Counted from the first letter of the stretch, positions 10,292 to 21,944 are shown. The stretch is 64,000 nucleotides of DNA from an uncultured Bacillota bacterium (GCA_963823655.1 CAWGMK010000002.1:32001-96000), one strand, 5' to 3'. A program made the numbers and translations. The notes: generated from the sequence alone by a model not told the origin.

Positions 10292-11666
10292 TCAGATTAC
10301 ATTGAAATTCCTGTGTATCCTGATCAGCTTGCCTGAATTGGGGCTGGTTTCCGGCTTCCCGAATACCACGTCCACCTTCGGGGGTTTGCAATTATAGCGA
10401 AGGAAGACATCCTGTATGTTCTTGACCACTGGGCTTATATCGAAGGGGCCTTCTGAGGGCTCGTCTCTCAGCTGCAGGCGGACGAGTATGTCCTCGGGGG
10501 AGTTCTGTATCGCCTGGTATTCATCAATGCTGTCGGACGCGGTAATGATCGCCCGGCTTATGTAGTCCGGGAAGATGTACTGCCATTCGCCGGTGCTCAC
10601 GCTCTTCGCCCAGAAGAGGTCATCCGCCCTGCCCTGGATGCTTTCGATCACGCGGAAATTAGAGCCGCAAGCGCACTTGTGCGGGCTAATCGTTACGATG
10701 TCGTTTAGCGCGTATCGGATGATGGGCTGCGACCTTTTGTGAAGGTCGGTGACGATGAGCTTCTGGCATGGCTGCCCCGGGGGCGTCGGCGTGCCGTCCA
10801 GCGTTCAGGGTCTCCACAAATACAAGATCCTCGTTTATATGCAAGCTGCCGAGCCTGCAGGAGATGGCGATCGGCCCCTCAGTGCACTTGTAGATCTCAT
10901 GCACGGGGCAATTGAACACGGATATCAGGTATTCCTTCACGTCGGGGTACAGGATCTCGGCATATGATACCAACCGCTTCGGGGCAATCGACAGAGCGCC
11001 ATTCTCCACCTCTTTGGCGATGATCTTGAGCATGGAGGGAGGCGCGGAGATTACGTTAGGCTTCAGCCTTTGAAGCTGCTCCCTGATCTCGCTGATGTTG
11101 CCAAGCTGGCTTATGTAGGTCAATTTATGGCCGAAGAGGTTCAGGTTGAAGGCGGGCGCGCTCACCCTAAGTATGAAGGCGAGGTTCATCTTTTCGCCCT
11201 TCGGGAAGTCGAAGCGGGCGAAAAGTGCCGCCTTCATGTAGTTTTCTTCCGACCGGGTCACGATCTCCACGCCCTTGTTGCCGCTGGTGCCCGACGACAT
11301 GCCCACGTTGATGCCGCGAAGCCGCCTGGAGAAATCCCTGGTGCGCTCCACTTCCAGGCAGAAGTCCAGGACCTCCTGCCTCGACAATCCCACCGTGTTG
11401 TAGTCCGTCAGGTTGTCCATCATGATCTTCTTGTTGACGAAGGGCAGCGAATGGAAGTCTTCGGGCTCGTACCCCTTATAGTGCTCCTTGAAGAACTTGG
11501 AGTGCCTCAAGGCATGCCTTACAATCTCCCTTGCCCTGTCGTGCTGGTAACGAGAGATCTCCTCGCTGCTGTAGTGGCTGAACCGATACTTGCACAGAAG
11601 GAAGAAGAGCGGGAAGAACCCCGCCTCAAATGCGCCCGGTATTTTTCGAAGAAGCGATGTTAGCAT
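10292..11666 (-). CDS. Phenylacetate-CoA ligase-like adenylate-forming enzyme (F390 synthetase-related); frameshift near 10800
   Basis: MSSGTSGNKG P-loop, HEIYKCTEG, LHINED; shifted frame gives QPIIRY and IQGRADD. Confidence 0.8.
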
Positions 11667-12058
11667 GATTTAATCCCACCATACCTTCTATGATTAGGCT
11701 AGCTGATTTTGCGAAATCCCTTTTAGATGCACATCTCCAGGGTCTTATTCTCGGTAAGGCCAAATCGGCTCCTCGAGGGTGCCTAATGAATAATTCCCCC
11801 CATAGCCCTTTATACCTTCGTACTTTTCCAACCCGGCGATTAAAATGTTGAACAATACGATAATCAAAGCTATAAGCCCATCACATTTTGCATTCCGGCT
11901 GCAAGCAACAACTAAGCCATATATCGATCCGGCATTCCGCCTCCCTCCGGACTGACTGGGCGTTTCCCTCCCGAAAGGCCCTGCAGCTTGCAATCCACAT
12001 AATTTCCTCACAACTGTATTCTAATATGAAAATACGAAAGTATACGGAGGTGCGGCCA

Positions 12059-13499
12059 ATGCCTGTCGCAAGGATTACAAAGACGCTCAAAATTGACGGG
12101 ATGACGTGTTCAAGCTGCGAGAACAGAATAGAGAAGAAGCTGCAGGGCTTGCCCGGGGTACTTGAAGCCAAGGTGAGCTACTCGGACCGCCTGGCGAAGG
12201 TGACTTTCGATGAGAATGTGATCAAGCTGGAAGACATAATCGCAAGCATCGACGGGCTCGATTACAAGGCTTCAGAAATCTCAAAAAGCGCAGGCGGCGG
12301 GACTAGCATCACCAAGGTAGTCGGCGTCGGCGTAATCATATTCGCCCTCTATTACATAATAGGCCGCCTGGGCGGCTTCACCATATTCAACTCGTTCCCG
12401 CTTGCCAAAGAGGGAATGGGCTACGGGATGCTGTTCGTCATAGGGCTTCTGACCTCCGTCCACTGCATAGCGATGTGCGGCGGCATCAACATATCTCAGA
12501 GCGTAGGCAAGGCTTCAAGCGCCTCCGAAGAGAATATTAAAATCTCCGCCCTGAGGCCGCCGTTTCCTTTACAACGCCGGCAGGGTCGTATCCTATACGG
12601 TCATCGGCGGCATAGTCGGCGCGATAGGCTCGGTCGTTAGCTTCTCCGGGTACGCCAAGGGGATCGTGCAGCTTGCAGCCGGCCTGTTCATGATAATCAT
12701 GGGGCTTAGCATGATGAACATCCTCCCGTCGCTATCCAGGCTGGTCCCAAGGCTGCCAAAGTCCCTTGCGGGCAGGATAAGCAAAGGGCAAACCGGCAGG
12801 AGCCCATTTATAATCGGCCTTCTCAACGGCCTTATGCCGTGCGGCCCATTGCAGGCCATGCAGCTTTACGCCCTATCCACCGGAAGCATAATAGGCGGCG
12901 CGCTCTCGATGCTGGTCTTCAGCCTCGGCACTGTGCCCCTGATGTTCGGACTAGGCGCAGTGAGCTCGCTTCTGAACAAGAAGTTCACCGGCAAGCTTAT
13001 AACGGCAAGCGCAGTGCTGGTCGTGCTCCTCGGAGTCTTCATGCTCGGCAACGGCTTGAGCCTGTCCGGCGTCTCGGCGCCTGTTGTCGCGGCGGAAAGG
13101 CCCAACGGCAAAGTGGCCCAGATCGTGGACGGCATACAGATAGTGACCGTTAAGCTCTCCTCCAATAGCTATGAGCCGATAGTCGTGCAGAAGGGCATAC
13201 CCGTCAGATGGGTCATCCAGGCGGACAGGGCCAGCATCAACGGCTGCAACAACCGGATCATCATACCCTCCCTTAAGAAGGAGAAGAGCCTTGTTCCCGG
13301 CGACAATGTAATAGAATTCACCCCGACCCAAAGCGGGATAGTGCCGTTCAGCTGCTGGATGGGCATGATCAAGAGCCGGATTACGGTAGTTGACGACATC
13401 AGCTTCGGCGCGAACTCAGAGCAGAAGGACGATGCAAATGTAAGCACCGAAACCGTAGGAAGCGAAGGGCAGCTTAGCGTCCCGAGCTGCTGCCTGTAG
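12059..13499 (+). CDS. HMA domain + DsbD_2/TauE-like membrane domain + cupredoxin domain protein; frameshift near 12560
   Basis: GMTCSSC; SVHCIAMCGG; GLLNGLMPCGPLQAMQ; NGCNN...FSCWMGM. Confidence 0.85.
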
Positions 13500-13536
13500 C
13501 CATCTAGCTGCGGTCGAAGCATAGTCAGCGGAAATG

Positions 13537-13583
13537 TTGACAATGCCGTCGACCGGCGCTATGATTATACCCAACGGGGGTAT
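13537..13583 (+). promoter_or_regulatory. Sigma-A promoter with CsoR operator
   Basis: TTGACA(13537)-17 nt-TATGAT(13560); ATACCCAACGGGGGTAT (13567-13583) has the CsoR C/G-tract pseudo-palindrome form. Confidence 0.85.
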
Positions 13584-13614
13584 AGTATTTAGCCCTGATA
13601 CGGAGGAAATGTGA

Positions 13615-13944
13615 ATGAGTACTGAGACTGTGGCGTGCAGCCATTGCCATGAAGGGGAATGCGACGAGAGGACGACCGAGCGCGACAAGTCGCTAAGGGA
13701 CAACCTGACTTCAAGGCTCAACCGCATAGAAGGCCAGGTGCGCGGCATAAAGGGCATGATAGAGAACGACGTGTACTGCGACGATGTCCTCAACCAGATT
13801 TCGGCGGCGCAATCGGCCCTCAACTCGGTTAGTAAGCTGGTCCTTAAGAACCATATAAGCGGCTGCCTCGTGAGGAAGATCAGAAACGGCGAGGACGAGA
13901 TAGTAGAAGAGCTTCTGGTAACGATAGGCAAGCTATATAAGTAA
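13615..13944 (+). CDS. csoR: Copper-sensing repressor CsoR
   Basis: RLNRIEGQVRGIKGMIE...YCDDVLNQISA...KNHISGC (Cys-His-Cys ligands). Confidence 0.92.
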   Translation: MSTETVACSHCHEGECDERTTERDKSLRDNLTSRLNRIEGQVRGIKGMIENDVYCDDVLNQISAAQSALNSVSKLVLKNHISGCLVRKIRNGEDEIVEELLVTIGKLYK

Positions 13945-14003
13945 CCTTTTAGGCCTAATGGCACAAACTGTAATGAAGCAGATGAGAAAGGAAAGCGCGG
14001 AAT

Positions 14004-16466
14004 ATGAGCAAGGAAAGCATTAAGATAGGCGGAATGACCTGTGCCGCATGCGCAATAAGGATAGAGAAGGCGGCGGGGAAGCTGGAGGGCGTTTCGAACG
14101 CCTCGGTCAACTTCGCCACGGAGAAGCTGCAGCTGGAATACGACAGCGACAAGATCTCCCTGGACAAGGTCAAGGAGGTCATCGAGGAGACCGGCTATAC
14201 GGTAATCAAGGATGCATCCGAGAAGGAAGTAACAATTCCTATCGAGGGCATGACCTGCGCTGCCTGCTCTCAGAGGATTGAGAAGGCCATAGCCAAGATG
14301 GACGGCGTGTCCAAGGTTACGGTCAACCTGGCGACGGAGAAGGCGACAGTCAGCTACGACTCTCAGGTTACGAAGCTTTCGGCGATAAAGCAGGTAATCG
14401 AAAAGGCGGGCTACAAGGCGCTTAGCATAGAAAACAAGATTACCGTGGACGAGGACAAGATCCGCAAGGAGGCGGAAATCCGCACCCTGTGGAGCAAGTT
14501 CACCATCTCTGCGATATTCAGCGCACCGCTTCTATACCTGGCGATGGGATCTATGATCTGGTGGCTGCCGTTTCCCATACCGGCCTTCCTTAATCCGATG
14601 AGGTATCCTCTCACTTACGCCCTGACGCAGCTTGCGCTGACCATACCGGCAGTAGTGGCGGGCTACAGGTTCTACACCGTAGGCTTCAAGGCGCTCATCC
14701 AAAGAAGCCCCAATATGGATTCGCTAATCGCAATGGGGACAAGCGCTGCGATAATCTACAGCCTCTACTCAACATACCAGATCACAGCCGGCAATTTCGG
14801 CGCGGTCGAAGGCCTCTACTTCGAAACGGCGGGCGTGATCATCACCCTCATACTGCTTGGCAAATCCATGGAGGCGGTATCCAAGGGGAAGACCTCCGAG
14901 GCCATAAAGAAGCTTATGGGCCTGGCCCCGAAGACCGCAACCGTGCTGCATGACGGCAATGAAGTCGAGCTTCCCATCGATGAGGTGGAAATCGGCGACA
15001 TACTGCTCGTCAGGCCGGGCGAGAAGATCCCGGTGGACGGGGTAGTCACGGAAGGCTATACCGCAATCGACGAGTCGATGCTAACAGGCGAAAGCATGCC
15101 GGTCGACAAGAAGGCCGGCGACAAGGTGTTTGCCGCGAGCATCAACAAGAACGGCCTGATACAGTTCAAGGCCACGAAAGTGGGCGGCGACACCGCCCTT
15201 GCGCAGATAATCAAGCTGGTTGAGGATGCCCAGGGCTCGAAGGCCCCGATCGCCAAGATGGCGGACATCGTATCCGGATACTTCGTGCCGATAGTATTGG
15301 TAATAGCAATCCTTGCGGCCGCTGCCTGGTTCATATCCGGCAAGTCCTTGGAGTTCTCGCTTACGATCTTCATCTCCGTGCTCGTAATTGCCTGCCCCTG
15401 CGCACTCGGCCTGGCTACGCCGACTGCGATAATGGTCGGCACGGGCAAAGGCGCGGAGTACGGGATACTGATCAAGGGCGGGGAAGCGCTGGAGATCACC
15501 CACAAGATCGACACGGTCATCTTCGACAAGACAGGCACGATAACTAAGGGCAAGCCCGAAGTAACCGACATAATCGCAGCAGGCGGAATATCAAGCGCGC
15601 GGCTGCTGCAGCTGGCGGCCTCTGCTGAGAAGGGCTCCGAGCACCCTCTGGGAGACGCAATCGTCCGCAAGGCGGAAGCTGACAAACTGGAGCTTATTAA
15701 AGTCGACGGGTTCGAGGCCATTCCGGGATACGGCATAGCCGGCATGATCGACGGCATAAAGGTGCTTATCGGCAACAGGAAGCTCATGGACGAGAAGGGC
15801 ATATCGATAGAGCAGCTCGGCTCGCAGTCGGACAGGCTGGCAAACGAGGGGAAGACCCCGATGTACCTCGCCCTGGACAACGCAATCGCCGGCATAATCG
15901 CCGTCGCCGACGTGGTCAAGGAGAACAGCGAGCAGGCTATCAGGAAGCTGCAGGATATGGGAATAGAAGTCGTCATGATAACCGGCGACAACATCAAGAC
16001 GGCCGAAGCTATCGCAAAGCAGGTCGGAATCAAAAGGGTGCTGGCCGAAGTGCTTCCGCAGGACAAGGCGAACATGGTCAAGAAGCTCCAGGCGGAGGGA
16101 AAGATAGTCTCGATGGTCGGAGACGGCATAAATGACGCGCCGGCTCTTGCCCAGGCCGAGATCGGCATAGCGATCGGCTCAGGCACCGATGTGGCCATAG
16201 AATCGGCGGACATTGTGCTTATGAGAAGCGATCTGATGGGCGTCGCGTCGGCGATCAAGCTCAGCAAGAACACCATACGCAACATAAAGCAGAACCTGTT
16301 CTGGGCTTTCGGCTACAACACGGCCGGCATACCTATCGCGGCAGGGCTCCTGTACTTACTGGGCGGACAGCTGCTCAACCCGATATTCGCGGCAGCTGCC
16401 ATGTCCCTAAGCTCGGTCTCGGTGTTGTTGAACGCGCTCAGGTTGAAGAGGTTCAGGGCCTATTAA
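14004..16466 (+). CDS. copA: Cu(I)-translocating P1B-1 ATPase
   Basis: Two GMTCAAC HMA domains, TGES, CPC, DKTGT, SEHPL, GDGIND, YN and MxxSS. Confidence 0.95.
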   Translation: MSKESIKIGGMTCAACAIRIEKAAGKLEGVSNASVNFATEKLQLEYDSDKISLDKVKEVIEETGYTVIKDASEKEVTIPIEGMTCAACSQRIEKAIAKMDGVSKVTVNLATEKATVSYDSQVTKLSAIKQVIEKAGYKALSIENKITVDEDKIRKEAEIRTLWSKFTISAIFSAPLLYLAMGSMIWWLPFPIPAFLNPMRYPLTYALTQLALTIPAVVAGYRFYTVGFKALIQRSPNMDSLIAMGTSAAIIYSLYSTYQITAGNFGAVEGLYFETAGVIITLILLGKSMEAVSKGKTSEAIKKLMGLAPKTATVLHDGNEVELPIDEVEIGDILLVRPGEKIPVDGVVTEGYTAIDESMLTGESMPVDKKAGDKVFAASINKNGLIQFKATKVGGDTALAQIIKLVEDAQGSKAPIAKMADIVSGYFVPIVLVIAILAAAAWFISGKSLEFSLTIFISVLVIACPCALGLATPTAIMVGTGKGAEYGILIKGGEALEITHKIDTVIFDKTGTITKGKPEVTDIIAAGGISSARLLQLAASAEKGSEHPLGDAIVRKAEADKLELIKVDGFEAIPGYGIAGMIDGIKVLIGNRKLMDEKGISIEQLGSQSDRLANEGKTPMYLALDNAIAGIIAVADVVKENSEQAIRKLQDMGIEVVMITGDNIKTAEAIAKQVGIKRVLAEVLPQDKANMVKKLQAEGKIVSMVGDGINDAPALAQAEIGIAIGSGTDVAIESADIVLMRSDLMGVASAIKLSKNTIRNIKQNLFWAFGYNTAGIPIAAGLLYLLGGQLLNPIFAAAAMSLSSVSVLLNALRLKRFRAY

Positions 16467-16484
16467 GGCGCCCGATACTGGAGG

Positions 16485-17184
16485 ATGTTTGATTTGAAGA
16501 ACAAGGTATTTATCATAGTGGGAATATGCGCCGCCCTGGCGGTCGTAGCAATAGCGGTACTTGGCCTAAACGGCGCGCTGGACGTATTGGGCAGCAAGTC
16601 GGTAAAGTCCTTCGAGAAGGTATTGGAGGCAATACCGGGCCAGGTAACGTTCGACGAAGAGAACTACGGCTGGTCGCTGACAGCGCCCGATAACAGCGCA
16701 AGGTTCGTATGGAGCATGGATTACAGCAAAAGCCCGGTACATGACCTGATGTTCGAGTTCAGCTCTGAGCCCTTCGTCAACGCAGGCCTTGGATATAACC
16801 AAGCTGCCTGATGGGATGGCTATTGATGGCAAAATCATAGTGGGCACGAAGCTGGGCGACGATAGCCTTACATACGATCAGGAGGCGACGCCGCTTGCTT
16901 CCTACAAGAAGATAGTGGAGCTGAAGAAGGCTTCGATTAAATACCACGGGGACCTGGACCACTTCGGAGTGAGCCTGGCCAACGGGAACATGTTCGAAAT
17001 GGCGAAGGACATGAGCACGAATGACAAGGATATCGTTTTCGTACTGAACCCGCAGGCATTCATAGATGCGGGGGTCGATCCGACTAAAATGGATGGCTGG
17101 ATATTCGCGAAGATCAAAGTAGAGGACGCAAAAGGCAAGATGGTCGAGGTCGACAAGTTCCTTAAGCCGTTCGATCTACAATAA
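16485..17184 (+). CDS. Membrane-anchored hypothetical protein of the copper operon; frameshift near 16790
   Basis: ORFs 16485..16811 and 16789..17184 join (PFVNAGL-DITKLP); N-terminal TM; YHGDLDHFG. Confidence 0.7.
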
Positions 17185-17200
17185 TACAGGAGGAAGAGAA

Positions 17201-17407
17201 ATGACAAAGATAGTGCTGATAGTCAGGGGAATGTCATGCTCACACTGTGTGCATGCGGTAGAAAAGGCGGTCAAGGCGCTGGACGGTGTCGCAGAAGCGG
17301 TCGTTGACCTTGGAAAAGGGACCGTTACTGTGGAGTTCGTCCCTTCGAGGGCAACTGTTGACGGCATCAAGAAGGCGATCACCAATTCGGGCTACGAAGT
17401 AGCATAA
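17201..17407 (+). CDS. copZ: Copper chaperone CopZ
   Basis: GMSCSHC, 68 aa, AGGAGG RBS. Confidence 0.9.
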   Translation: MTKIVLIVRGMSCSHCVHAVEKAVKALDGVAEAVVDLGKGTVTVEFVPSRATVDGIKKAITNSGYEVA

Positions 17408-17417
17408 AGAGTGCAAA

Positions 17418-17446
17418 GCGAGATCCCCTTTTCGGGGGGGTCTCGC
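17418..17446 (+). terminator. Stem-loop after copZ
   Basis: GCGAGATCCCC / GGGGGTCTCGC. Confidence 0.55.
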
Positions 17447-17477
17447 CTTCCGATTCGGATTGGAGGCGCAGGCTCAG

Positions 17478-18179
17478 ATGAGCGCAAGCCTTGGCAAGAT
17501 ACTTGTGGTCGACGATGAGGCGAAAATCGTTGAAGTCCTGAAGTCCTTCCTGGAAAGCAGGGGCTTTGCCGTTCTGACTGCTGAAAACGGCAGGCAGGCG
17601 ATGCAAATCTTCGAGGATGAGGACGTATCCCTGGTACTTTTGGACCTCATGCTTCCCGAGATGTCGGGCGAAGAGGTCTGCATGGCTATACGCAAGAAGT
17701 CCCGCGTGCCGATTATAATGCTGACCGCAAAAGCAGATGAGGCCGATATGGTGGAGGGATTGGGCATCGGTGCCGATGACTATCTCGTGAAGCCCTTCAG
17801 CCTCAAGGCGCTGATGGCAAGGATCGACGCAGTCTTGCGAAGGGCGGGCGACGCAACGTCTCCCCTGTTCAATAAGATAACCTTCAGCGGCGGGGATCTG
17901 GAGATAGACCTCGGGATGCGGACGGTGGTTAAGAATAAGGTTGAGATCAGGCTCACGCCCAACGAGTACAGGATATTGGTGGCCCTGGCAAGGCAGCCCA
18001 GGAAGGTGTTTACCAGGGACGAGCTGATAACCAGCGCGTTCGACATCGAGTTCGAGGGGTATGACCGCGCCGTAGACACGCATATCAAGAACATCAGGCA
18101 GAAGATCGAGGACGATCCCAAACTCCCCAGGTACATAGTTACCGTCCACGGCATGGGGTACAGATTCGAGGGTGAGTGA
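17478..18179 (+). CDS. OmpR-family response regulator
   Basis: ILVVDDE, LLDLMLP, IIMLTAK, GADDYLVKPF, winged helix (DRAVDTHIKNIRQKIE). Confidence 0.93.
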   Translation: MSASLGKILVVDDEAKIVEVLKSFLESRGFAVLTAENGRQAMQIFEDEDVSLVLLDLMLPEMSGEEVCMAIRKKSRVPIIMLTAKADEADMVEGLGIGADDYLVKPFSLKALMARIDAVLRRAGDATSPLFNKITFSGGDLEIDLGMRTVVKNKVEIRLTPNEYRILVALARQPRKVFTRDELITSAFDIEFEGYDRAVDTHIKNIRQKIEDDPKLPRYIVTVHGMGYRFEGE

Positions 18180-19569
18180 TTTGAAGCTCAGTCTAAAAAG
18201 GAAGCTCTCGCTTGCCATGCTGATAGTGGCGCTTCTTACAGTCGCCCTTATCAGCTTCCTTTCGGGCTCCATGATCAAAAGGGAGTTCAAAGGCTATATA
18301 GCAAGGCAGCAGGAAGCAAGGACCGAGAGCATCATATCGAGCATCAGCCACCAGTACAATGAAGTGGCCGGCATATGGAATGTCGATCTCGTCTATGCGA
18401 CGGGCATGGCTGCCCTCAACGACGGCTACATAATCAAGGTCCTGGACAGCCAGGGCCAAACCGTATGGGACGCCCAGGCGCATGACATGAGCCTTTGTGA
18501 GGACATCATGAAGGACATCTCCGAAAGGATGGGCGTGGAATTCCCGCAGATAGGTGGCTCTTTCCAATCCCATGCGCATGAGCTTATTAGCGGCGGGGAG
18601 ATTGTGGGAAGCGTCAGCATCGGCTACTACGAGCCCTTCTTCCTCAATGAGAACGACTTCCGCTTCCTGGACACCCTGAACGTGGTAATCGCGGGCATCG
18701 GCCTTGTTTCACTGGCGGTCTCGGTCATCGTGGGGCTGATCATGGCGACTGGGCTCAGCCGACCCTTACGGAAAACTGTTGAAGCGGCGGCGCAGATATC
18801 AGACGGTAATTACAAAGTAAGGCTTGCCGACCAGAACGACACTTTGGAGGTCGGCATGCTGATGCAATCCATTAACCACCTTGCATCTTCGCTCGAGCAG
18901 CAGGAGGGCATAAGAAAGCAGCTCGTGGAGGACGTCTCACATGAGATCAGGACCCCGGTTGCGATCCTTCAGACCCATATAGAGGCGATGGTAGAGGGCA
19001 TATGGCAGCCGACCGTCGAGCACTTGCAAAGCTGCCATGACGAAGTCATCCGGATTGGGCAGCTGATGAAGGACATCGAAAGCCTTACCGAGGTCAATAG
19101 CAGCAACATCAGGCTCGACAAGACGGAATTTGGCATCATGGAGGTAATCCGGAGGGCAATCGGCGGCTTTGAAGTGGAAATCGGAAAGAAGGGCCTGCAC
19201 ATTGCCTTAAAGGGCACGGACTGTATGGTGTCGGCGGACAGGAACAGGATCAACCAGGTTCTGGTCAACCTGCTCTCCAACGCAGTTAAGTACTCGAAAA
19301 GCGGCGGCTCCATCGATGTCGAGGTCATGGAAACCACAAGCTACGTAGTGATTACGGTCAAAGACGACGGCATTGGCATCCCCGATAAGGAACAGCCTTA
19401 CATATTCGAGCGCTTCTACCGCGCCGACAAGTCGCGCAACAGGAAGACCGGTGGTTCTGGCATTGGCCTTTCCATAGTGAAGTACATAGTCGAGGCTCAT
19501 GGCGGAAAAGTGAGCGTAAGCAGCAAGATAGATGAAGGCAGCACTTTCGAGGTCATGCTGCCCAAGTAG
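18172..19569 (+). CDS. Sensor histidine kinase (BaeS-like, HAMP)
   Basis: Two TMs, SHEIRTP H-box, NLLSNAVKY, DDGIGI, FERFYR, GSGIGL. Confidence 0.93.
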   Translation: MSDLKLSLKRKLSLAMLIVALLTVALISFLSGSMIKREFKGYIARQQEARTESIISSISHQYNEVAGIWNVDLVYATGMAALNDGYIIKVLDSQGQTVWDAQAHDMSLCEDIMKDISERMGVEFPQIGGSFQSHAHELISGGEIVGSVSIGYYEPFFLNENDFRFLDTLNVVIAGIGLVSLAVSVIVGLIMATGLSRPLRKTVEAAAQISDGNYKVRLADQNDTLEVGMLMQSINHLASSLEQQEGIRKQLVEDVSHEIRTPVAILQTHIEAMVEGIWQPTVEHLQSCHDEVIRIGQLMKDIESLTEVNSSNIRLDKTEFGIMEVIRRAIGGFEVEIGKKGLHIALKGTDCMVSADRNRINQVLVNLLSNAVKYSKSGGSIDVEVMETTSYVVITVKDDGIGIPDKEQPYIFERFYRADKSRNRKTGGSGIGLSIVKYIVEAHGGKVSVSSKIDEGSTFEVMLPK

Positions 19570-19910
19570 AGCCAATTTACAGCAGAGCTTATAGATCCTA
19601 ATACTGTTACGCTCAACGTTAAATGGACGGCTTTTAGAGCAGCTTAGGCCAACTTTACGAGAGTCAGCGAAAAGGTCATGTACAATCGGACGCGGCTGAA
19701 TTTGTCATATGAGCGATTGCGTTTCGTAATTTTTTCACGCCGCTTCGCGATACGGCCTAGACAGGTCAGGCGCAAGGTATAAGACGCTCTGTGTCGAAAT
19801 ACGAATATAAGTCGCAGTGATAGATGTCGATATGAGCCTTGATAAAGATTAGTATTTCCCAGTTTAGAAGCACAATTTGCAACGGAAATGGATAACCGAG
19901 GAGGCACGCA

Positions 19911-20147
19911 ATGCTCAAGGTTTTTACGGCAGATGAGCTGAGCAAATTCGACGGCAAGAACGGAAAAGCGGCCTATGTTGCATTCGAAGGCGCCGTCTAC
20001 GATGTAACAGGCGGCCCCAACTGGGGTGACGGCGAACATTACGGCATGCATGAGGCAGGGATGGACCTGACGGACCAGATGGGTGGCGCTCCGCACGGAG
20101 GAGAGCTGTTCAAAGGTTACCCAATAGTAGGCAAGCTCGCCAGCTGA
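19911..20147 (+). CDS. Cytochrome b5-like heme/steroid-binding protein
   Basis: FTADELSKFDGKNG..AYVAFEGAVYDVT..W..GEHYGMHEAGMDLT...APHG. Confidence 0.85.
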   Translation: MLKVFTADELSKFDGKNGKAAYVAFEGAVYDVTGGPNWGDGEHYGMHEAGMDLTDQMGGAPHGGELFKGYPIVGKLAS

Positions 20148-20229
20148 TAGGGTAATCAGTCTTTCCTTGTAACCCCATACTAGGCAGGGATTAAAACCCA
20201 GGAGCGACTTCCGATAGGGGGTGGTGTAA

Positions 20230-21944
20230 TTGGATTGGACCTTGAAGATAGGCGGGGCCGCAGGCCAGGGCTTGCAGGTTATCGGAGGCATGCTGACTCG
20301 CACTTTCGTAAGATCAGGGCTTTTCGTATTCACCGGGCAGGATTCTGAAGTCGAGAATCCGCGGCGGCCACAATTTCCTTCAACTGAGAGTCGGCGACAA
20401 GCCGGTAAACGCCTTCGCATCCCGTATAGATGTCCTAGTCGCCCTGGATTTGGAGACGATCCGGGCCCATATCTCAGAGCTTGGCGAGGACGGCATAATT
20501 GTCTGGGACCCTGCCGCAGTAGCATACACCGAAGTAACTGAGAGGGGCTTCGCTGTGCCTTTGGCCAAGCTCACGACCGACGCCGGCGGGCAGGCGATAA
20601 TGATGAACTCTACAGCCGTCGGAGCAGTGCTCGGAATGGTTGGCTTTCCCCGAGAGTCCATCGCTTCGATGCTTGAGCATGAGTTCGGGCGCAAAGGCAA
20701 AGAGGTAGTAGAGGCTAATGTAAAAGTGGCGCTGGCTGGCTACGATTATGCCAGGGACAACTGCACGATCTGCGGCAAAGTGATTGCCCCCGGACAGGCG
20801 GGCGGGCACATGGTGCTAACAGGGAACCAGGCGATAGCGCTCGGTTCCATGGCAGCCGGGCTGCGCTTCGTATCCGCCTACCCGATGTCGCCCTCCACCT
20901 CTATCATGGAGTTCATCGCCGGGCGCTCCGCGGAGCATGGAATAGTGGTTGAACAGGCAGAAGACGAAATCGCCGCGATCAATATGGCGATAGGGGCATC
21001 ATATGCCGGATTGCGGGCGATGACCGCGACTTCCGGCGGTGGGCTCTGCCTGATGGTAGAGGGCATCGGCCTTGCGGGCATGACCGAGACGCCTATTGTA
21101 ATAGTAGACGCCCAGCGCCCCGGGCCCAGCACAGGGCTTCCGACGAGGACTGAGCAGGCCGACTTGCTCTTTCTTATCCATGCGTCACACGGCGAATTCC
21201 CGAGAGCAATCCTCGCGCCCGGGGATGCCAATCAGGCGTTCTACCTGGCTGCCAAAGCCTTCAACCTGGCGGAGAAGTATCAAATACCCGTCTTTCTGAT
21301 GACCGACCAGTACCTGGCCGATTCCTCATGGACCATCGAGCCTCCCGACCCTTCCAGGATCACCATCGAGCGCGGCGAGATGCTGACGGAAACGGCCCCC
21401 GCCGACTATAAAAGGTATACCATAACGGATACAGGAATTTCCCCGAGGGCGATACCGGGGGCAGGGCCCGCGCTTGTAGTTGCCGACAGCGATGAGCATA
21501 CAGAAGAGGGCCACATAACGGAAAGCGCGGAAGTCAGGTTGGCCATGATGAACAAGCGGGCAAGGAAGCAGGAGCTTTTGAGGTCTGAGATAAGCCCGCC
21601 GGATCATTACGGCCCCGAGAACGCGAAGGTAACGCTTTTGTGCTGGGGCTCGAACCTCCATGTGGTCCGAGAAGCCGTCGACATCCTGAACGCCAGTACG
21701 GAAAACTCGGCCAACTGCTATCATTTCTCCCAGCTCTGGCCTTTCCCGAAGGAGGCCGTCTCTGAAGCTTCTTAAGGGCTCGGGGCTGCTTATGACGGTG
21801 GAGAACAACTCCACCGCCCAATTGGCAAAGCTCTTAAGGACCGAGACTGGCATACAGGTCAGAGGCTCCATACTGAAGTTCGACGGCAGGCCGTTCACAC
21901 CTGAACTAGTAGCTGATGCCGTACGAAAGGAGGTGTCTTTCTGA
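20230..21944 (+). CDS. korA: 2-oxoacid:ferredoxin oxidoreductase alpha subunit; two frameshifts
   Basis: KIGGAAGQG, YPMSPST, QAEDEIAA, TATSGGG, QRPGPSTGLPT; third frame ends VENN..QL...KFDGRPF; TGA overlaps the next ATG. Confidence 0.88.

Noticed and set aside
15056-16285. Long antisense ORFs (also 21326..22297, 55277..56335, 17379..18290, 19644..20525)
   Set aside because: Shadow frames of GC-rich genuine genes, with no recognisable motifs
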